DNA of 64,000 nucleotides from Chlorokybus atmophyticus (lineage: Eukaryota; Plantae; Mesostigma and Chlorokybus algae), in contig RHPI01002533.1 of NCBI GenBank assembly GCA_009103225.1, forward strand, positions 1,741,186 through 1,805,185. The letters run 5' to 3'. The notes beneath the pieces are model-generated. The model made no database searches. It saw nothing but the letters and a program-made list of their open reading frames with translations, and was not told where the DNA came from. The position numbers were made by a program, and so were the translations under genes. This document shows, piece after piece, positions 48,951 to 61,092 of this stretch. The first letter of the stretch is position 1. Each line of letters opens with the position of its first letter.

Positions 48951-51900
48951 CTTATTAAAGAGCAATTTAAACCTTGATCTAACACACTCAATCACGCTCA
49001 CGGTGACGACCACACTCACGAACGCACACACATAGCTTATGACACACATACGCACGCAACCTTTCACACGGTGGCAATATCACCCACTTGTGGGTGCCCG
49101 TTGATTCCTTGCCAGATTTATTCACAGTTATGCACATGCCTTCCCCGAGGGGGGGAGGGGGGGGGCATGTGCATAACTGTTTCATCTACGAGCAAAGCAC
49201 CCTTTGCAAAACAGTGCAACCACCTACTTGGTGCGCCTTGCGGAATTAGCAAAGCTTGGATGACGCTGAACACGGTTCATCATGTTGTAAGCACGGAGAT
49301 CTGCAAACACGTGTTCAATAAGGTTGCAACTGCATGCCAAGTTTTGAGTAAAAGGCAGCAAGACTTGCGAGTGACATTGGCTGTTCTATGAAACAACTTG
49401 ATACCACGACATCCCCCCCCTTTTTCCCACTGAATCAACCAACCAATTGCTGTGCACTACTTGAACACACACTGACTTGGTATGGCATACACGCAAATAT
49501 GCAATGAGATGGACACCGCTAAAGGCCCGAAGTCAAAAGTCACCCTCAGCAGCATCAGACGAAGCAATGCCAGATGTTATACACATTGCCACAACTGAAC
49601 ACTGACTGCAGATGACAAGGTACATGACCAAAAAAGACAAGGCAGTGTTGATGCATCACAACTTGCTCTTGATAAACCCTGTGCTGTGTAGGCTACATGC
49701 GTTGCAAGGCCGCAAGTGCACTTGTTCAGAGTTAGGTTGCATGGGCCAGCAGTCCATCTTGTACATTTAGCATGGATCAGTCAAACGACACACCATGCAA
49801 CTTTCATAGCATGACACTGCATGATGATACACGCATGCCAGCAATAAATGCGCAATCGGCAGTAAGGGAGACGCATAGCATCAAAACCCCTAACTGCTAT
49901 GAAAAAAGATGGCCGACAAACACTCTGTGCTTATCACTCCTGGCCACAACAGCCTGCAGACTGACAGAAGGTAACAAGCGCAGTGCGCTACAAGTTGTGA
50001 GCTTGCAGCAAGTTGCTGTGCGTCGCAACTTGTACGCTGCTGGCATGTATAAACCTAGTGAGCTCTCGCTGCCGCCTTCTTCGCCGCCGCCTTCACCCAC
50101 CCTGTCCCATCAGGCCCTGGACTCTTGCGCCGGCACTGCATGCATGCGCTCAGTGAACTTGCGGTTCACCGAGTTGGCTAGGCTCACCACGCTCACCGCG
50201 CTCAGTGAGCGCAAAACGATCGGCGAGCCCGGGTCGTGCCGGCCGGCCGGCGGTCAGGCCGGCCCTGGCTCGTCACGCTGCGGGTGACGTAACCTAACGC
50301 CCGTTTACGTCATTCACTCAAAGCCTCTAAACGGGCATATGAAAGACGGGCGGGGGGCCTCGGGGCGCCCCCCACCTGGCGCGTGGCACGCCCCCTTGTC
50401 CGCCCCCTCTCTAAAAAGAATGTGATAAACTAGCAGGGTTTGAATTTGTTTGCTTCCTTATGTTCCTGCGTGCTAAATGTGCGTATTGATATTGCCGACA
50501 GTGTTGATGTGTGTGAGCGCTGTTTGCGGGCTTGACAAGTGTAGGGTATAGATCATGGGATGTCATGCACAAACATGCGTGCACATGCAATGATGCATAG
50601 CAGGGCAAGCCGAGCAGGCTCAGGTAATTCAGATGTTGTTTAAATCATAACATACATGGCAATCCTTGTCACAGCATTATAACATGAGGTTTACATAGGG
50701 CCCCTCTACGGTAGACATATACCAGCTCTGTGCTAGCCCTTATCAATGCCTTGTGTAGTACTGTGTCTAAGACTTCTAAAGAGACATGAACACGACCGCA
50801 TGAACACAATGACTCAGCAAAACTCAGCTCAACACTGGTATCACCAGTCAGTTCGTGTTACTTACATAAGAACGGAACACAGAGTGACTTTCGCCGGCCT
50901 TATGTTTGTAACATACTGCACATGCACGCTACTCAGGTTGCTAAAAAACGTCATAGAGTGAGAGGATACAGCATATGCACGTGTGCATTGCTTGTTACTT
51001 GATGTGACCTTGGTTGTGTGGGTGCACGGTGTTGGTCAACACGAGGGTGTAGTATTCACGTATTTCCGCATTCATTTGCCTCACCTAATAGTGGAAGCAA
51101 CTTCAACCTCATGCAAGGAATAGTAAAAGCAGCATTACCTCTGATGGTCGCTTGTTGACTTGGTCTGCAATGCAAGGTTATACACAGCACATTGATAGTT
51201 GATAAATTTACATCATAACATGTGTTTTTATGTTTGAACATATGCACTCACGGGGTTATTCTTCGCCTTCATTATGTTCAACTCCAGTAGAAGGCGTCTT
51301 TAAGAGTGTCACTAGTCCGCATCATGGCAATGCAATTGAGATTCATGCAAAAGCACACGACCCCGCGAGGCTCAACATTGCTAAGCATGCGGCAACCTCC
51401 ATCTCGGCCCTTTCACGGCGGGCGCGTGCGACTGCTTGATTTCAGGTCATTTATTAAAAAACTCTTATTTTTTAAGTTTCCTTGCCCTATACGAACTCAA
51501 ACTCAAATTTGTATAGTGCCCCCAATTTTAAGTTGGGGGCACTATATCCATCCATATATCAACCAATCAGCTTGCCTTGCTCACGAGCACACCGGATCGG
51601 CGGTGCGCTAGCAGTCCCGGACTTGTTGCGATAAATATACACCCAACGCCGATAATTAGGCCTACATTACCAAGTTACCGGTATACCACGTCAGACCACC
51701 CAGCATCCCCATAGCACGCCAACCGCCGACCTTGTATCACGGGCGCTGCCAGTTGACGGCGTCGTCAAAGTAACTGTCGATTAACCATACTTGTGAGTTA
51801 GTATGAGTGGTACAAACGTTATTGGGCTGAGCGAAAGGTGCATGCCTCCGGGTGTGACTAAACATTGATTGCAACTCTGCAAGCGTTGTTTATGGTAACT

Positions 51901-53898
51901 CATATTAATGGACAATAATTTTGTGTGTGAACATGCGTAATACCATTGAAGGCTCATGATATGTTTAACACAACTAGACCAAACTTGATGACAATCGCGC
52001 TACTGCGTACAATGCATTTGTTTATGACGTTAAAAACATTGGAAGGAACTTGAAAGCGTTTATTTATTTTAACATTACAAGACATCATATAATGCGCTAT
52101 AGTATACATGTAAATCAATTTCTTTACTAAATCTTCTACTTTATTAAATTCACCTCCCATTTATTATGCTCCATACACGTTTTATAGTACTGTAGCGCTG
52201 AATTGTATAAAGTATCATATTGTACTTCCCCACATACTTGCAAATTTAATTGGCTCAATTTTAAAATCAATGCTTTTGTCGGTCATCATGATAATAAGAC
52301 TCCTCTGGCTACACTTGACAATACCGTTAGTAAGACCATTATTAGCAAACCTATGAGAATCATCTAGCATTGCTTCTTCCACATATTCACATATTTTGAG
52401 CTTGTTAACGTGCCATCGCATCATTATGTGCAATAAACTAGCGCACAAGTGTCACATCCAGTGCTGAACAATTCAATTGTACCACTGGGCTACGGCAGCT
52501 AAAGTCGCTCGCGTAGGGAGAGTCATAGATATGAGAGATATATCTCAATCAAGCCCCATCATATACATGTTGCATCAATGTTATACCGATGTCAATGTGA
52601 ATCAATATCACGATAGCCATTAGATAAAATTTACAATGAAGTTTCATGCAGGGTTGTTAAGAGATTTTAACTAATTAATTACACTACAAAAAGCGTTGCC
52701 TTCAAAGTACGATACAACCGCATACAAGCCATAATATGTTTATGGCTAACATGCTTACATTTGGTAGCATATGCATGTGTTATTCAGATAATGTGCATCC
52801 ATCACCGTGATATTGAGTACATTGAGTACATTATCGTACTACATTATCCTGTTGTTGATTTGTTATTATAATACATGATAACAAGATCTTTGAAGCTCGC
52901 CTCATTCGTTAATCTGGATATGGTACACTACCGTAAGTTGACGCTGCACGTTTACCTGATTCAATAAGATATGGGTATCATAAAAGCTTGCAGTTGTTAC
53001 CACTTCATATGGGTGCACCCTTGCTAGCAAAGTTGACTTACATTTCAAGATCAATCATAGTTATGATTAATCGTAACACAAATCCATGCAGAATTGCTTA
53101 GAAGTTGTATTACTTCAAAAGTTAAATTACATTTTAACAATTTAACGATAATGTCATTCACATCAGATGGCAAAGCCATCATGGCATGCACGATTGTTGC
53201 TGCCAAAGCTGGCATTGATATAAGATGGCACGACCATCTTGGCACATCTTTGCATCATGGCAGGCACGACGGTTCCTATTGAAGCAATGCCCCGCCACCG
53301 CTTTAGACACCCAGCATGCACCGAGCGGACGCACCGGCGCCGGCACTGCTTAGCACTGTGGCACCGGCGCAAGCGCACAACAACGACGACACCCGAGTAC
53401 CAGATAACTTGCATTGCGAATGTTTAAAGGTTCATTGCCTTTTTGCTGTTTTGCCATGCATGCAGTGTCACGATGTGACGTCCCTATGAGTCCAGAGTTT
53501 CTACCGAGCGGGCGCACCGGCGCTGGCACCGACGCAAGCACACAACGACGACAACACCCAGGTGCCAGCACATTGTGCTTGTGTAGTCTGAAGGTTACAT
53601 CGCCTATTTGCTGTGCTGTGCCTTGCATGTATGATATCTGTGTGTGTGCAGGGATCCTACCAAGCGAACGCATCAGCGCAAGCGCTTAGCGACGACGATA
53701 ATCGGTGTCAGCTTGCGCATCATCCGAAGTTAAGGTATGCTCTTTCTCTTTGTCTCTTTATGTGTACCGGTAGGCGTGTCAATGCTTTTGCCTCACCGTG
53801 GTAAGATTGCAATGTTTGCTATAGCTGCTTGCGGGGAAACAGTTGATACCGTATTGAAACCGTATTGGTTGCATTGTGCACATGCAAAAAGCATATTA

Positions 53899-54426
53899 TG
53901 TAACAGCACCACCGTCGCCGGTGATGCCCCTTCAATCCTCTACCCCAACACCCACACCGCCTATGACAAGCCTTTCGACGGCGTGGCCGCCACTGAGCAA
54001 AGAACTGAAAGTCCCCCACATCAGATTGATGTGACCTTTTATATCAAGAGTATATCAACTATATAACTCTCGATAATTAACTCACAACTAGACATCGACC
54101 CTACAGATAGGGTAGGTTAGGAAATCCAGCGTGAGCCAATCACAGCTCAGATAAGGTACCTATCGATAAGGTACCTATCCAAAGATACCTATCGTAAGGT
54201 ACCTAACGAGATAGTGATCACATTATATCAAATGTGACACTAAATAGGCTTGAATAAGCGGTTCTACACCCATTGGGACTTATTTAAGCTATGATAAAGC
54301 ATCATAGCCTTTAATAAGCGAGGAACCGTAGAAAAGAGGTATAAATAAGCATATTTAAATACTTATTCATACAAAATGTGTTATTCAGGTAGCAATAATA
54401 CCCCTATTATTATTGCTCCCGTTACA
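53899..54426 (-). repeat. 3' LTR of chromovirus copy B1 (528 bp, TGTAAC...GTTACA)
   Basis: Near-identical to 60420-60945. Preceded on the minus strand by PPT AAGTGGGGGGGAA (54427-54439). Outer flank TATTA (53894-53898) is the predicted TSD. Confidence 0.97.
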
Positions 54427-54573
54427 TTCCCCCCCACTTAGGTTTTCAACGTCCTCGTTGAACTCAAGTTGATCAGGCTTGATTTCGAGTAATTGTAACC
54501 AGTGAGATAGCAGGAAATGACAGGGTGGTAATGAAACTGCACTGCCAGTCTGTCATAAAACCAAGCCCACAGT

Positions 54574-57500
54574 TTATGGGACAGGACATGAATCCCAATA
54601 AGCTCGAAGCAACTCGCGGCATTGCGTAAGATGCCTGTCGGGCTCCCAACTGTTATGTTTCGGGCCATACCCTTTCCATTTCACCAAATAGCAAGTTGCG
54701 CGTCCTCGACCATTTAGCTTATGGTGCAAAATAGCTTCCACCTCGTATTCGAGCTCGCTGTCCACCTCAACTGGCGGTGGTGGAGGCTGTGTTCTACCGT
54801 CTGAGCGGTAAGGTTTCAACAAGTTTACATGAAACACGTTGTGTATACGCACACTTGGGGGCAATTGCAGTCGATAAGCGTGCGTACCAACTCTATCAGT
54901 GATAGAGAAAGGACCTAACCATCGGGGCAGCAACTTGCGAGCACCCGTACCTTTGATGGTTATGTTTTTTGCATTAAGCAAAACTTTATCGCCGACATCG
55001 AAAGTGGCCATTTTTCGATGTGTATCAGCATAAGCTTTTTGCCTGTCCTGTGCTTCTGACAGACACAGCTTGGCTCGAGCCAAATTTTCTTGCATATTAG
55101 TGGCAAATTCCTTTGCCGCTGGTACAGTCACGGCATGGCGAGGTACACGCAATGACGCTGGTGTGTTTGGGCGAATCCCATAATTCAAAAAAAATGGGGT
55201 TTCCTTTACACTTTCCTGCCACGCGTTGTTCACAGCGAACTCTGCCATTGGCAAGTACCTGTCCCAATCAGCATGATTAGGAGCCACATAGTGGCGAAGC
55301 ATCTCTTCCAGTATTTGATTTGCTCGCTCAGTTTGACCGTCCGTTTGCGGGTGGAAAGCAGTCGACATGCTTTGTTTTACCCCCAACAATTCACAGACTT
55401 CTCGCCAAAACTTGGAGACAAAACGAGGATCACGATCTGTGACAAGTTCACGCGGTATACCGTGAACGCGAAAGACCGTGGACACAAATAAGTGTGCCAA
55501 GTCCCGTGCACTTACAGTTGTGCAACACGGGGCAAAATGCACCATTTTAGTCAAACGGTCGACAAAAACCACAATAGCAGTGTATTTAGCTGCTGTTTCA
55601 GGTAGGTCAGTAATCAAATCCATACTGACACTATCCCATTTTTGTTCTGGAATTGCCAATGATTTAAGCAATCCCGCTTGTTTTTATCGTAGTGGCTTAT
55701 TACGTTGACACACGTCACATGTGCGAACATATTGATCCACGTCAGCTGACATTGACGGCCACCAGTATAACTGTTGCGCAGATTTGAGTGTTTTGTGTTT
55801 CCCCAAATGCCCAGCATACGGCGGGTCATGCACTGAATGTAAGCATTGCTTACGCAAGTCGCCCGAGTTGGGAATTGCCAACTGCTCCCCTTTATACCAC
55901 AGATTGCTAACAGCAGTAAGCTGTTGCAAGTTGGTTTGACTGCTAAACCAAACATCTGAGTTATAACCTGCGGACACTTCCTTTAAGAAAGGATCTTCAG
56001 GCTGTTGTACATTACGCATACTTCGAGAGCGCGTAAGTGCCAAAAGAGCAGGGCTGCGACTTAGTGGATCCGCCACATTGGTGCGACCCGGACGGTATTA
56101 CCAAGTGAAAGTGAAACGAGAAATGAATTCATTCCACCTAGCTTGCCGCCTCGACAGATTTTGTTGCGTATGAAAGAATGTGAGCGGGTTGTGATCAGTA
56201 ATCACTGAAAACTCCACCCCTTCCAAGTAGCAACGCCATGTGCGCAGCGCGTGCACCACCCCGAGCAATTCCTGCTCAGTGGTTGTGTAATTACGTTCAG
56301 CAGGAATGAACTTTCTGCTTTCATATGCACATGGTCTGTCATCTTGTAGAAGGACTGCCCCACACCCAATGGTGGAAGCATCACTGATCACCACAAAAGG
56401 CTTGGTGTGGTCGGGGAAGGCTAACACAGGGGCTTGTGTTAATGCATCTTTAATGCGTGTAAAAGCAACCTCGTGTGCCTCCGTCCACACAAATTTAACA
56501 TCTTTTCTTAGTAAAGATGTTAAAGGGTTTGCCATGCCAGAATATGCTCGCATGAACTTGCGGAAATAATTGGCTAGCCCCAAGAAAGCACGTAACTGAT
56601 GTACATCCTTGGGTGGTGGCCAATCCTTTACCGCACACACCTTCTGAGGATCTGGTTTCAATCCTTCTTTGCCAATCACATGCCCTAAAAAGGGTAGTTC
56701 ATCCTTTGCAAAGTTGCATTTGGACAGGTTGGCATAGAATTTGTGTTCACGTAATCTAGCTAGAACCAATTTCACATGTTTGTGGTGGTCCTCCCGGGTT
56801 TTGCTGAACACAATAATGTCGTCTAGATATACCAGTACAAACTTGTACAATTCATCAGCAAATACCGCATTCATTGCTGTCTGAAATGTAGCCGGTGCAT
56901 TTGTTAACCCAAATGGTAACACTTTATACTCAAAGTGTCCTAGTGGGGTGCGAAATGCAGTTTTTTGTATATCCGACGGGTGGATTTTGATTTGATGATA
57001 ACCACTGGTCAAATCCAGCGTGCTGAACACTGTTGCACCTGACAGCTTATCAAACAAATCATCAATCCGAGGCAAAGGGTATCTGTTTTTCACAGTGACC
57101 TTGTTCAACGCACGGTAATCAATACACATGCGTAGCTTGCCATTCTTTTTGGGCACAAACAAAATTGGTGCACCAAAAGGAGATATGCTCTTTGTTATTA
57201 AACCTTTGTCCAATAACTCTTTGAGCTGTTTTTCCATCTCCGCGTGTTCTAAGGGACTTAGCCTGTATATAGGCCGCCAAGGTGGCTTTGCCCCCTCCTC
57301 TAACGGAATGGTATGATGTATGTTTCGATCGGGAGGCAACTCTGGGAGTTCATCCTGAAATACATCTGCGTATTGTTCCGTAAGTGACTGCACCACAGGG
57401 TCACTGATAGCCTGTTCAGCAGGTGTTTCCACCTGTCGTAAGTGCAGTAAGTATACGTCCTCACGTTTACGCATGCAACGTTTCAATTGCATAGCAGAGA

Positions 57501-58305
57501 GGAGCGGAACATTATCGCGTGGTATACGTGCGGGTACAGATGCTGTTAAAGTCATCCTACGTTTCCCTTTACGAAGGGTGCACGTATTGGCTCGAGAGTC
57601 TAATTGTAAACCTGCTTCAGTGTGCCACTGTTCCCCTAAAACAACATCCACCCCGGGGATACCAATATCCACCACGATGAAGGCTGGTCGGGTTATATGG
57701 CCATTAATAACAAAACGCCCTTTTACCTCTCCCATTGCATTGAGAGTGGAACCAGCAGCACGTACATATGACGTGACTGGTGTGAAAGGAATGTTATTAC
57801 GTTTCACCCAAGCATGTTCAACAAAGTTATGGTTTGCACCAGTATCAATCAATGCTGTACATGGTGTACCCATAAGTTGACTCTCAAATCTCCATTTGAG
57901 TGGCACTGAGTGACCATCAAATGTAGCTAATATCGGAGTGCCGTGATTGGTAGCAGACTTGATAAAGATCACTTGCAATGGTGAAGCTCCTGTATCTTTG
58001 CGTGAGAGTTGCATGATTACTTCTCCCCCTTTCAACAATCGCGACCACGGGCCATGATATCGAGGGATAACTACACATGCAGTGATAGCATGTTGTAATT
58101 GCAACTCGTGTAAGTGCTTAACAGCAGTTACTAATTCAGAGAATGGAACATTGATTAAAACACAACCGTTTGCATTTCTCAACACAGGTGGTGTGCTCAT
58201 ATCAGTCCATACATCTGATACATCGCAAAGAGAGGAAACTTTATCAAGAAGTACAGAGTTTTTAAAGTCGTTCTGCTCGACTAAGCTACCAACCACGGAC
58301 AATTC
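54574..58305 (-). pseudogene. pol: pol of copy B1 with two CAA>TAA nonsense changes (56098-56100, 55684-55686)
   Basis: ORFs 56098-58302, 55684-56076 and 54574-55671 share one frame; the stops align with Gln codons in copy B2. Motifs DTG, YLDD, DAS, HHCC, DDE, LPRWLGPF and chromodomain EYEVEAIL..YLVKWKGY..NSWEP. Confidence 0.95.
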
Positions 58306-59481
58306 CTATTTCTTTTCTCTCTGCTGCTTGGCCTTCTGTGCATTCTGTTTTGCATAGCACGTAGCCTCCCCATGACCTGTCTTCTTGCAGAAACTGCAAG
58401 TGATGATGGATTTGGCCGCATTGTAGGGGCCAGCAGGATGAGATGGTTTCGCCTTTTTCACAAAAGGTTTGTTGCCAGTGGCCGGGCGCTTTGCAGCTGA
58501 AACCGGGGCTGCCTCTTTTGCCGTGGTTTGCATGTTGGCGTGAGAGCGCTTTACACTGTCCACAGCAGCAACCATCTGCATCAGCATTGGTAAATCCGTC
58601 GAGGCCCACTCTTGCAAACTCGCGGGGTTGACGGCCACATGCTGCACGAGATCTGTGTCCAAGCCACGCCTGAACATATCCAGCTGATCAGCATCACTGA
58701 TAGGTAGTTTGCCAGCATTGATCTTGCTGACAAACGACTGAAAATCCTGGATATACTGCTGAACCGGACGCCCGTTCTGACGCAGGTTGTGCAGCTGGTT
58801 GCGAGCAACCTGGGCAGGATCTGCGCCACCATAGCGCTGCTCCATGAAAAAGCACAACTGATTTACTTCCCGCCCGAGGTTTGTATCCCGTTGCTTACGG
58901 CGGTACCACTCTGCCAGAGCATCGTTTGGGATCAGCAACTCAGCTACACGCAATTTCCCCTCCTCAGAAATGTGAAGGGAGTTGACATAGTGTCGCAACT
59001 TCACAAGCCAGTCGAAGATGGCCGCTTGCTTGTTGGGAACAAACTCGGCAGGACGAGCAAGTGCTTGAACAGGTGGACCACCGTCAGCACGCTGCAGACG
59101 CTCGATCATATTCAGAACACGTTTGCCTTCACCCATCTGCCCCTCCCAATCTCGCCCCATAAAGGTGGTGAGCTTTGAAACTTTTTCTGCCAATAGGAAG
59201 AGAAAGTTCACGAATGAGACAATTGCCTCACGAGGGTCCTGATCATAGGTGCTAAGGAAATGCTCCATCAAGTCCTGCTGTGTCATGCGAATAGAAAACT
59301 CAGGGAATATAGAAGGTAATCTATCATCCACTGAAGCTTCCGCAGCTTTGGCAGCTTGAGACTCATCAGGTGCATCATCCGGATTCGGAATATCTTCCAT
59401 GGATGGAAATTCCTCCTCACGGGAAGGTTGCTCTTTTTCCGAGCTCTCCCCTTTTGAGGTGGGCACCGAGTTTTCTTCCAT
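58306..59481 (-). CDS. gag: Gag of copy B1 (391 aa, CSFCKKTGHGEATC zinc knuckle)
   Basis: Intact ORF ending in TAG, in frame with pol. Confidence 0.93.
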   Translation of the reverse strand: MEENSVPTSKGESSEKEQPSREEEFPSMEDIPNPDDAPDESQAAKAAEASVDDRLPSIFPEFSIRMTQQDLMEHFLSTYDQDPREAIVSFVNFLFLLAEKVSKLTTFMGRDWEGQMGEGKRVLNMIERLQRADGGPPVQALARPAEFVPNKQAAIFDWLVKLRHYVNSLHISEEGKLRVAELLIPNDALAEWYRRKQRDTNLGREVNQLCFFMEQRYGGADPAQVARNQLHNLRQNGRPVQQYIQDFQSFVSKINAGKLPISDADQLDMFRRGLDTDLVQHVAVNPASLQEWASTDLPMLMQMVAAVDSVKRSHANMQTTAKEAAPVSAAKRPATGNKPFVKKAKPSHPAGPYNAAKSIITCSFCKKTGHGEATCYAKQNAQKAKQQREKK

Positions 59482-59682
59482 TTGTCTGCAAAACAGGCAG
59501 AATGGGATGGTGAGAACCTCACCAATGGACCAGGTTCAACGAGAGGATCAAAATGACCCCAAGTTGTAAAAGTCCCAAACAGAGTCCAAACCAGTCCCAA
59601 AATAGGAAAGGTTGGATCTGGAGTGTCACCAAACAGAACAAGTCTGAGTGGGACCAGAATGTCCTAACCCTGTGTTGTCCTC

Positions 59683-60127
59683 AACCAAGTCCCAATCTCC
59701 AGGCCGAAGCCAGAGGGGGAGGGTTTCAGACTAACAGGGTTTGGGAACAGATTGTCCTAGAACCTCCCCACAACTGTCCTAACCAAGTCCCGATCTCCAG
59801 GCCGAAGCCAGAGGGGGAGGGTTTGGGAACAGTTTGGTTTGGAACTTACGGACCCGGGTCAAACGACCCGGCAAAGCCGCTGGCAGGTCACAGGTACGTC
59901 ACAGGCATGCAACAGGCAAGCCACAGGCATGCAACAGGCAAGCCGTACGGTGACTAACTGTGACATGCACTGGCAAGCACAATGACAAGCAATCACCGCA
60001 TGCAATGACAGGCAATCACTGCAAGCAATGATAGTGCACTAAGTGTGACAAACAGTGATGGCACACTAGCAAGCCGCAATCACCGCATGCAATGACAGGC
60101 AATCACTGCAAGCAATGATAGTGCACT
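59683..60127. repeat. Direct repeats in the 5' leader of copy B1: 44-bp (59683-59726/59781-59824) and 52-bp (59989-60040/60076-60127)
   Basis: Direct sequence matches. Confidence 0.85.
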
Positions 60128-60419
60128 GGCAAGCCACTGTGTGATGTGCATGAAAGTACACACGTGCACTTGGCAAGCACCTGGCAAGCAGCTGACAAGC
60201 AGGCAAGCAGGCAAGTCACCGACGTGTGATGGTACCTCACACGTGGAGAGGCCGCCTCTTTGATAGGTGGCTTCAACGTGGAGGTAGCGCAGGGAAGCGA
60301 ACTTGAAGCTTGGGCTGCGTGGACGAATAGGAGGCCGCCGCCGACGCCTTCTGATTGGCCGAAAGCAGGTCGCCGCCCCCTATAAGTACCCACGTCACCC
60401 CCCAGCTCCTGGATACCAA

Positions 60420-60945
60420 TGTAACAGCACCACCGTCGCCGGTGATGCCCCTTCAATCCTCTACCCCAACACCCACACCGCCTATGACAAGCCTTTCAAC
60501 GGCGTGGCCGCCACTGAGCAGAGAACTGAAAGTCCCCACATCAGATTGATGTGACCTTTTATATCAAGAGTATATCAACTATATACCTCTCGATAATTAA
60601 CTCACAACTAGACATCGACCCTACAGATAGGGTAGTTAGGAAATCTAGCGTGAGCCAATCACAGCTCAGATAAGGTACCTATCGATAAGGTACCTATCCA
60701 AAGATACCTATCGTAAGGTACCTAACGAGATAGTGATCACATTATATCAAATGTGACACTAAATAGGCTTGAATAAGCGGTTCTACACCCATTGGGACTT
60801 ATTTAAGCTATGATAAAGCATCATAGCCTTTAATAAGCGAGGAACCGTAGAAAAGAGGTATAAATAAGCATATTTAAATACTTATTCATACAAAATGTGT
60901 TATTCAGGTAGCAATAATACCCCTATTATTATTGCTCCCGTTACA
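60420..60945 (-). repeat. Shared middle LTR (526 bp): 5' LTR of B1 and 3' LTR of B2
   Basis: PBS on one side (60405-60418) and PPT on the other (60946-60958). Confidence 0.97.
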
Positions 60946-61092
60946 TTCCCCCCCACTTAGGTTTTCAACGTCCTCGTTGAACTCAAGTTGATCAGGCTTG
61001 ATTTCGAGTAATTGTAACCAGTGAGATAGCAGGAAATGACAGGGTGGTAATGAAACTGCACTGCCAGTCTGTCATAAAACCAAGCCCACAGT

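Larger units (their letters stand above)
53899..60945 (-). mobile_element. Ty3/Gypsy chromovirus copy B1, full length (LTR-PBS-gag-pol-PPT-LTR)
   Basis: Two LTRs, PBS TGGTATCCAGGAGC (60405-60418), gag with CCHC knuckle, pol with PR/RT/RH/IN/GPF/chromodomain. Confidence 0.97.

Noticed and set aside
52480-52505. tRNA A-box-like TAGCCCAGTGGTA on the minus strand
   Set aside because: No B-box or cloverleaf at the proper spacing.
55684-56100. TAA at Gln positions suggesting a TAA/TAG=Gln nuclear code (as in some Ulvophyceae)
   Set aside because: The CBS gene ends on TAA at the expected C-terminus and the ANK gene also ends TAA. Family A stops align with Tyr, Lys and Trp as well as Gln. The two B1 stops fit the general C>T bias.
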